NCBI GenBank assembly: GCA_964016885.1
Contig: OZ024752.1
Coordinates: forward strand, 26,846,001-26,910,000
From: Eledone cirrhosa
Taxonomy: Eukaryota
Direction: 5' to 3'
DNA length: 64,000 nucleotides
The position numbers and the translations under genes were made by a program. Below the pieces are notes generated by a model. That model did no database searches. It had not been told where the DNA came from and saw nothing but the letters and a program-made list of their open reading frames with translations. Position 1 is the first letter of the stretch; every line of letters starts with the position of its first letter. This document shows, in pieces, positions 55,767-64,000 of this stretch.

Positions 55767-56424
55767 CTAGCTGAGGTACCCGGCTTCGCCCGGGAGAACA
55801 GTTAAGAGAAGACGGATGAAAGAGAAAACGACTGTATTGGATGTGTTGTTTGGTATGATGTGAGACCGTAATGGGTGTGAGTGTGTGCGAAAGACATAAA
55901 AAAAAACAATCCTAAATCTTCCTTATTAGGCTGGGGGAGTAAACTGCCGATTAACTGGTAGCATTGGCCTTGGATTTTAAATGTTGTGAAATAACCATAG
56001 TCAGTATGATCTTTTTCAGCTCCAAAGGACGTCATCTGAAACACACCAATATACCGCCTAACATTGCTTCTGAAGTGTTGCTTCATAAGTACAGACTGTA
56101 AGTAGTATATGGATAAAAGCTGGAGGGTAGATTAATTTCAAATAGTATCAATTTTTCTTTGTTCTGTAAAATCAAAGACTGTAAAACGCCTTTACAAAAG
56201 CTAACGCAATATTATTAAACCTTCCATTGATACTTCTGTGGGACGTCACTCTCTCTCTGAATATCTAATATCTTAATTGTATCTCTCTCTGTATAACAGC
56301 ATATCTTTCTCTCTCTATTTGCCTCTCCATCTGTATGTCTCTCTTTAGATGTGTGTGTATCTATGTGTATGTGCAGTTTTCGTGTGATTCAACCAATAAA
56401 CATTTCTTTTATGTCATATATAGA
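55767..56424 (-). mobile_element. Non-autonomous Helitron with Rep remnant
   Basis: TC start; FRSNVRRYIGVFQMTSFGAE...KIQGQCYQLIGSLLP; hairpin cccgggcgaagccggg followed by CTAG. Confidence 0.88.
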
Positions 56425-57141
56425 TTTCACCAGATAATATTGGTATTTATGTTTTCAATAAATTTGTGGTCGCCCGACTTGCAGTTCATATTATATAGTC
56501 AAAGGTATCAAATCATATCCTTGCTAGGTACTTTCCTTGGTTTATATTGTTTATTATCTACGACTTAAGGTCTATTTTCATGATTTACAGCCTTAATGCT
56601 GTTTATTTCATTTGTTTTCATATTTTCTCTTTCCTTGCGATTTCTGATTTGAGGTGTATTGGAGAATATAGTGAGTTGAGATTCTAGCTTACGGAAACAT
56701 CGAAGTTATTTTCTTTCCAAATTTTATATACGTTTATTGACGTAATTTCAGTGTGAGTGTATTTGTAAAAGATACGAGTAAAATAGAAACGTTCGCCTCG
56801 TGTACATTTTATAGCTTTTCTGGTGTATTACTAGGCCTTAAGGAGCAAATAAGATACGGAATTTTATTTAGGTTGCTATAAAATTCCTTTGGTATTGGGT
56901 TTTGTTTCCGGTGACGGCGAGGTGTATGTGTTTATCATTTTGTAATATTTTAGATCAGGTTCAAAGTATAATTTGGGATGTATCATACGGATTATATTGC
57001 TGAATGTTGTTATTTATTGCGGAGTGGAATCGGATTAATGCTGATATGAACCAAGCCCCGCTAATTTGCTTACAAGTGGTATCATACCGCTGAACATAAT
57101 CACCAGTGTGACACATTATCATGAATTAATTATAGTAAGTA

Positions 57142-57994
57142 CTAGCAGTAAAGCCCGGCGTTGCTCGGGGTCGCTCAGTAGCTGTGTTAAAGTTACAATG
57201 TTAAGTTTCTTTCTTGGCTTAAAAACTGTAGTGTCTACTGTGCAGACTTGCATGTGGTGTTTTTGATTAATATTCCCTCAACCAACAATATGCCTTATGA
57301 AGTTAAGAAAACATAACGATAACCCGAATGTTATAACAAAAGAGGATGCTGGGGATAGAAACTGCACTGGTTATTTATTAACAAAGATCGAAAATGTAAA
57401 CACTGCAACGCAGAGAAAAACATTAGCGTAACCAAATTATCAGTTATGTCTGTCTGCACGCCTATATCACCTCTCTGCACGACTATCTGTCTGCACGCGT
57501 ATATCACCTCTCTGCACGACTGTCTGTCTGCACGCGTATATCACCTCTCTGCACGACTGTCTGTCTGCACGCCTAACGACGAAATATTTGCTTGTTTTAC
57601 GTAGTCTTTAAATAGACTTGTTTTCAAGTAAAAATATTGTTTTAAAATGCTTTTAAATGGAAATGAAGCAAAACAGAAGCTTAGTGTTCGAACTGATGAA
57701 TTTTGCAGGTCAATATTTTGCTGGCTCGACAACTGTTAAAGCCAGCGTAATTTTTTACGTAAGACGCTCAATGTAAACAGAACAAAGGGAAATAACTGAT
57801 AACTTAGGCTCAAAAATCGATACATTATATTCGATTTCGTCACATAGGTCAATTTGAAATTATTTTTTTTCCGATGTCTTCGCTAGGGCTCAATGTACAA
57901 GTATAGCAATTTCGGTGCAATTCCGTGAGAGATTCTAAGAGGAGATGTGTGCCAAAAATCGATAGACAGACAGACAACCACAGTTTTATATAGA
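57142..57994 (-). mobile_element. Non-autonomous Helitron with internal 37-bp tandem repeat (57447-57574)
   Basis: TC start, (gtct)n head, hairpin ccgagcaacgccggg followed by CTAG. Confidence 0.82.
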
Positions 57995-58066
57995 TAAGTA
58001 ATTTCCATTCAATTTTACAAATGTTACACAGATATCCTTCAGCATATATTCAGTCTTCTTTATATA

Positions 58067-59650
58067 CAGTGCCCCGCAAAAGTTTACAACACATTAGGAA
58101 AAATGCGGTTTTAGGTATTTTTAATAAAGTTAGGGTAATGAAAGTTTAACTACTGATAGAACATATAGTGAGGCATCTAATGATACAATCATATTTTTTA
58201 AAAAATAACAAGGAAATAACTCATGAAGAAAAATCAATATTTTTATAACGCAAAAGTTTACAACACATTTTATATTTATCGTTTTTTTTCAAGAAAATTC
58301 TTAAATTTTCAGATTTAAAATTCAGTAGAATGTTCTAGATTAGGTTTAAGGTAACTTCTAATGACAATTAAAAACATTACGTCATTATTTGTCTGACAAC
58401 CATCCTGTAAACATTGACAACCGTTCTGTAAACATTGACAATATGGGGAAAAATAAACTGATTGATCAAGACCTCCGTAAACGCATTGTAGACCTTCATA
58501 CAAATGGTGTTGGTTATAGAAAGATATCTTGTCAGTTAAATGTTCCATCACTGGAAATCTCATCATTCCATCTCTCCTCTAATTATTTCTGGTCGTCCTA
58601 GAAAGATAACGGAACGTGCAGCTCGGTTATTGATGAGAAAGGTTGGCAACGAACCCCGGTGTACTCTTAAAAATCTTTAGGATGACCTAGAAGGAAGTGG
58701 AGTAAAAGTGAGCACAGATACAATTAGTCGTTCACTTCATCGATATGATATATTCTCGAGGTCTCCAAGGGAAACACCACTTCTTACGAGGAAACACGTT
58801 CTTCGTCGATTAAACTTTGCAAATGAGCATCTCATCAAACCTGCGTCATTTTGGGAAGATGTACTGTCGGACGAAACAAAATTTGAACTTTTTGGTCGAA
58901 ATGCTGTGGCAAAAGTCTGGAGAAAGAAAGGTACTGAATATTCGCTGAAGAATACTATTCCAACTGTAAAATTTGGAGGTGGATCAGTCATGGTCTGGGG
59001 TTGCTTTAGTGCTACAGGTGTAGGAAATATTGAAATAATAGAAGGAAGAATGGATGTCACTTATTATAGAGGTATTTTGCAAAGCAATTTACAACAAAGT
59101 GCACATTCTCTCAGCTTAAATCCAGGTTGGTTTTTTTCAACAAGATAATGATCCAAAGCATACTGCAAAGCTAACACAATCTTGGTTAAGTACGAATGGA
59201 ACAAATGTTCTAAAATGGCCAAGTCAGTCTCCAGATCTTAATCTGATCGAAAATTTGTGGAGAGAACTGAAACTCAGAATTCAAAAAAGGAAACCCCAAA
59301 ATATCCCTGAACTAAAGAAAATTTGTTGTGAAGAATGGAAAAATATTAGCCAAGAAACATGCAAGAAGTTTGTAGGAGGCTACTCCAAACGCCTACAGGC
59401 TGTAATTAGCAACAAAGGTTACTCTACGAAATATTAAGAGATGATTTAATAAATTGATTGTAAACTTTTGCGTTATAAAAATATTGATTTGTCTTCATGA
59501 TTTCCTTGTTATTTTTTTAAAAATATGATTGTATCATTAAATGCCTCATTATATGTTCTATCAGTAGTTAAATTTTCATTACCCTAACTTTATTAAAAAT
59601 ACCTAAAACCGCATTTTTCCTAATGTGTTGTAAACTTTTGCGGGGCACTG
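58067..59650 (+). mobile_element. Tc1-family (IR/DR type) DNA transposon, both ends intact
   Basis: ~200-bp TIRs CAGTGCCCCGCAAAAGTTTACAAC with an inner direct repeat; TA flanks. Confidence 0.95.
58443..59437 (+). pseudogene. Tc1 DD34E transposase, frameshifted
   Basis: MGKNKLIDQDLRKRIVDLH...GYRKIS, GRPRK, SDETKFELFG, TVKFGGGSVMVWGCFS, QDNDPKH, WPSQSPDLNLIENLW, GYSTKY. Confidence 0.93.
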
Positions 59651-60657
59651 TATATATATATATATTTTGATTTATTTCTTGTCTCACTAGTTCTTTGTGA
59701 TTACCAACTGTAAGGAGTACTCGATACTTCCCCCAGTCTGTCACGGCTTACTAGCTCTATATGGACGTTTAAATTGAATAAATTAATATTGAGTGGCTTT
59801 AGTGGAGACTAATTTGTTGCAAGCATTCAGTCTAGGTCCCAAATTTCACGAAAACGTATCTCTCTTATTCTGAGAAGTCCTGGAAAAGATCGTAGACGTT
59901 GTCATTCCACCTTTGAGTAACTCATTATTAAAAGCCAAATCATAATTATGATTGTCTAAATCAATGACCATACAAGGGTAGTTTCATCAGTACATGTTTG
60001 ATAGAAAATGTAATATCTTTCTTTATCTACATTTTAGTGTTTGACCTTGGATATTGTGATTGGTTGGAGGTAGCTTGAAATATCTCCCTCCCAGATAGTT
60101 AAATTTTGAAGTAGAGAAGACATTCATTGCTGTTTTATTTTTTTCCGATAACACTGGGCAACATCAAATTTGTCACGATTGTTTTTTGATGAGTGTTTTA
60201 AATGTATTTAGTATATTTAATCTAAATATAAAACCATATGTTCCTATCAAGCTGAATTATTAGTGAAGTCTTGTTGATCTTTTTATTATTCAGCATAATT
60301 ATTTGCTAGAAACATGGCTTAGTGGTTAGAGCGATGGGCTTGAAAACATGAGGTCATGAGTTCGATTCCTGGATTGAGTGATGCATTGTGTTTTGAGCAA
60401 GACATTTTATTTCTCGCTGCTCCTGTTTACTCAGCTATAGAAGTGAGTTGCGACATCACTGGCACCAAGCTATATCGATCATTGCCATACCATTGGACAA
60501 CATCAGTGGCGTGGAGAGGAGAGACCGGTATGCATGGAGGACTGCTGGTTTTCCACAAACAACCTTGCCCAGATTTGTGCCTTGGAGGGGAACTTCTAGG
60601 TACAAATCCCATGACCTTCTGTGACCGAGACGATTCTTTTCCCTTTACCCTATACTA

Positions 60658-61859
60658 TCTATATATTACTAAAACTCTGTGATTGCTTGCTTGCTTGTTT
60701 GTAATGTAATACAGCCAAAAGAGCGCATAATTTGAAAGGAAGTTGCCCCTGAAATGGGAATACAAATGGAATAAAACAAGTTTCGCGTAAATCGGACCAC
60801 GGGTTCCCAAGATATGAGGTTTTTCCGAGTACCTTAATGAAGAGAGAGAGGGGGGAACAGAGAAGGAGAATGTAAGAGAGAGAGGGAGCTGGTGTTGTGT
60901 GTGTATATATATATATGCGAGTGTGTGTGTGTGTGTATATATATATATGTGTGTATGTGCGTCTATGACCAGTGTATATAGATCACAGACACCCATATAT
61001 ATATATGTATACACACACACACTTAGAAGACATTTTTAAATAATCAAAATATACAGACATGTATATAATGTGAAATGAAACTGGAAGGCCCATATATATA
61101 CGTCTGTATGTATATATATAAATGTGTGTATTTGTATACATATATGTATGTATACAAATACACACATTTATATATATATACATACACACACATATATAGG
61201 GGCCTTCCAGTTTCATTTCACATTATATACATGTCTGAGTATATTTTGATTATTTAAAAATTACTTCTCAGTGAAGATGATTTTATAAAAATATTTTGAA
61301 GTAAACGTGAACCAACAGGTCACAGTTGGTCTAGTATTAACTATAATTAACTATAGTAATATTAATATATATCGCGTATTAATTTTTAGCTAAAATTAGT
61401 CTAAATGCATTCTTTGAGAAGGTAAATCTAAACTATAATAAAGTAAAGAGCTCGGGACTGCGTACGGTTTATAATTTTTTATCCCCTTAGTAAAATAAGT
61501 TGGATTACTTTGAATAAATAATGAATGAATATTACATAATTTATCTACTAAATTTCGTAGCTGTTTATTAAATATATTTTATTACTTATTTAAAGATTCA
61601 CTTCTTTCAAATTTTCAAATGTCAACACTTCCGGTTAGCGATTGTTTAAATAAATATTCATATATTTCTGTCACTAATTTTCTCCTAATGCAGTTTATAT
61701 ATAATATCGTCTTTTTTTAATGTATCATGGGTTACGTTACTATATATGTACATTATTATATCTACGTTACTATATATCTACATTATACCTGCGTATAATA
61801 TCAATATACATACTACACATGCTAACAGAAAACCACCCGAAGGGTGGTTTTTCTGCTAG
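60658..61859 (+). mobile_element. Non-autonomous Helitron containing an internal foldback
   Basis: A|TCtatatattactaaaa...(gctt)n head; 3' hairpin accacccgaagggtggt followed by CTAG|T at 61859. Confidence 0.65.
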
Positions 61860-62399
61860 TGTTTGTAATGCTGACAGGAATAAACTATGTAGCTTGAAAT
61901 ACTTATGTACCTGTTAGGATATGAACGTACCTTTCCTTATAAATGATATATTGTTAACAGCAAGTGTGTGTTGCTTCTTGCTATACGCTGAGCTTCTTTC
62001 GGACACAAGACATAACCACGTCTATTTGCAGAGCCATCCGGAAGATAGGACTAGACATACAATTAGCTCGCTCCGGCCCTTCACTGTGAGGATACCTATC
62101 TAAAAAGCGATCCAGAGACAACAACAAACAATGCATATTTCCTAAGGAATGCTTCCACTTAAAATAAAATTTCGCCGAAGATAGATTAGCAAAATTTAAT
62201 AAGCGGGATTGGAATAAGGTCAAGGTGGGGGACCATTATTCGAGACCCGAGAGGACATATATTAGATAGACAGTTAAACACAATGTTTGTCTTCCTCGCT
62301 CACAAATACGTACGTGCGTACGCGCGTGCGCACGCACAGGCACACACACATACATGCACACAGTAAATACCTACATAAATGCTTACATACATATTACTA

Positions 62400-62586
62400 T
62401 AATTGTTTCTACTTTAGGCATAAGGCCAGCAATACCCAGTGCATTACTGGTACTTTATTTTATCAACCCCGTAAGGATGAAAGGCAAAGTCAACCTCGGC
62501 GGGATTTGAACTCAGATCGTAAAGGGACGTAACTATGCTGGAAAGCATGGCGTCCGACCCTCTACCGATACTGCCAATCCACCGCC
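62400..62586 (-). mobile_element. SINE A
   Basis: TSD catacatattactataat. Confidence 0.9.
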
Positions 62587-62899
62587 ATACATATTACTAT
62601 AATGAAACTATTTTGTCTACAATAATCTTTCATACTTATGATTCTTGAACGTCATTGTTAACGAGTTATACTGGCTACTCTTTGTATGTTATAGAAATGG
62701 TAGTATTGTTAAACTATTTAAAATCCAGTTTGATTTTATATATTTTTGTTTAAAAGTTATTCATAAATGTATACATAATATATAATGCATTATACTTTCA
62801 TAACTGATAAAATGCGATGTTTATAATTTTCATAAAATAGTTTTCATATTTTATTATTATTTAAAAGATATTTTTCTAATCTTTATTAATCTTTAAATG

Positions 62900-63110
62900 C
62901 ATCGCTACATAATCACAGATGGGTTATGGAGTACATTTTTTGTGTGTATTTACCAGCCAATTCTTGCTGCTGTTGAAAGAGTATTTTCAATGACGACTAG
63001 AATTTGTTTTCGAGAAAGATCTTCAACAAATGAATCAACATTAAAAAGACGGTTGCTTCCTAAACTCAATATTGACTTAAGTGGTTGTGTGTTCTTTGAA
63101 ACAACAACGA
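62900..63110 (+). mobile_element. hAT transposase dimerisation-domain remnant
   Basis: P...AAVERVFS motif. Confidence 0.5.
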
Positions 63111-64000
63111 AATAAACGAAAGAAGTTTATTCAGTTGAAAAATATGAATGGTAAAATAAATGAAAACCTAAGTTAATGACAAATTAATGAACATTTTTAT
63201 GTTCCTATAGTTTTGCTGGATTGAAATATATGTTAGGGATATAATCTGCAAGTATTCATTATTTTAATGTCAGAATTAAAGCTTAAGCGACGTTAGATAC
63301 TAAAAGTACATTTCACTAATGATTTAAATGATTTCTAACATAGCCACAAAGCCAGCAGTATGAGGGAAAGGGGAAAATCTATTATATTGATTCCAGTATT
63401 TAACCGGAACTTTATTTTACCAACCTCGGAAAGATGAAGGCAAAGGTGACATCGGCGGGTTTTGAAATCAGAACGTAGACGGTCTAAATTAAATAGCAGC
63501 AACGCATTTTGTCCGACGCTCTACTGATCTGCCAATCCTCTATCCCTATGATTTATAATTTAAGAATTTGCGGAGAACGGAAAGTCGATTATACCGACAC
63601 TGGTACTTTACTGGTATTTTATTTTACCGGCCTCAAAACGATAAGAGGCTAAGTTGACCTCGGCGGGATTTGAACTCAGAACGAAAAAAGCCGGAACAAA
63701 TATTACTATGCATTTACTCGACGCTCTAACGAATCTGACAAAACCACGCTCACTGATATCTCTAATAAAAATTCAAACATGTTTCGTTTTGAGGCTTGGA
63801 AATAATAACTATGTCTGAAAAATAAACGGTATGTTTAGGTTGGAAAATGTTTGATCATAGGTCTGATCGATCAATATCAGTTTATACCAGTTGAAATTCG
63901 CCATGCACTACTAAGTGCTTTCTGCTCAGCTGTACATCCTCTAGCTTTCATGATTCAATTTATTGTTGTGGTGTTTGGTACATGACCAGGTAAACTATTT

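Noticed and set aside
61826-61860. Rho-independent-terminator-like hairpin plus T-run
   Set aside because: Better explained as a Helitron 3' hairpin followed by CTAG.
61930-62100. Candidate upstream exon with AAG|gtacgt donor (-)
   Set aside because: All three frames contain stops between the candidate acceptors and the donor; could only be non-coding.

Overview
AT-rich, microsatellite-laden eukaryotic DNA. The repeat content resembles an octopus/cephalopod genome (inference, no search run). Most ORF-track entries are (TA)n/(TG)n/(GA)n artefacts. Reading splice signals by eye reveals a minus-strand host gene that the ORF track misses. It has two Cys-rich internal exons (34444-34303, 25962-25829) followed by two paralogous, phase-compatible terminal exons (22975-22833, 21115-20883), each encoding a transmembrane helix, RRR and a YxRF motif but different cytoplasmic tails. 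This is a LAMP2-like tail-switching architecture in an unidentified type I membrane protein. The rest is transposon-derived: a near full-length Penelope-like element with 1.3-kb direct pseudo-LTRs, several truncated Penelope copies (some with inverted arms), several type I hammerhead-ribozyme-like motifs (some with unusual cores or very long stem II), an internally deleted Helitron and non-autonomous Helitrons, a Merlin derivative, an IR/DR Tc1 element, MITEs, a solo LTR, RTE LINEs with C2H2 fingers and short RTE derivatives, fragments of CRE, R4-like, L1/Tx1-like and hAT elements, and two tRNA-derived SINE families.
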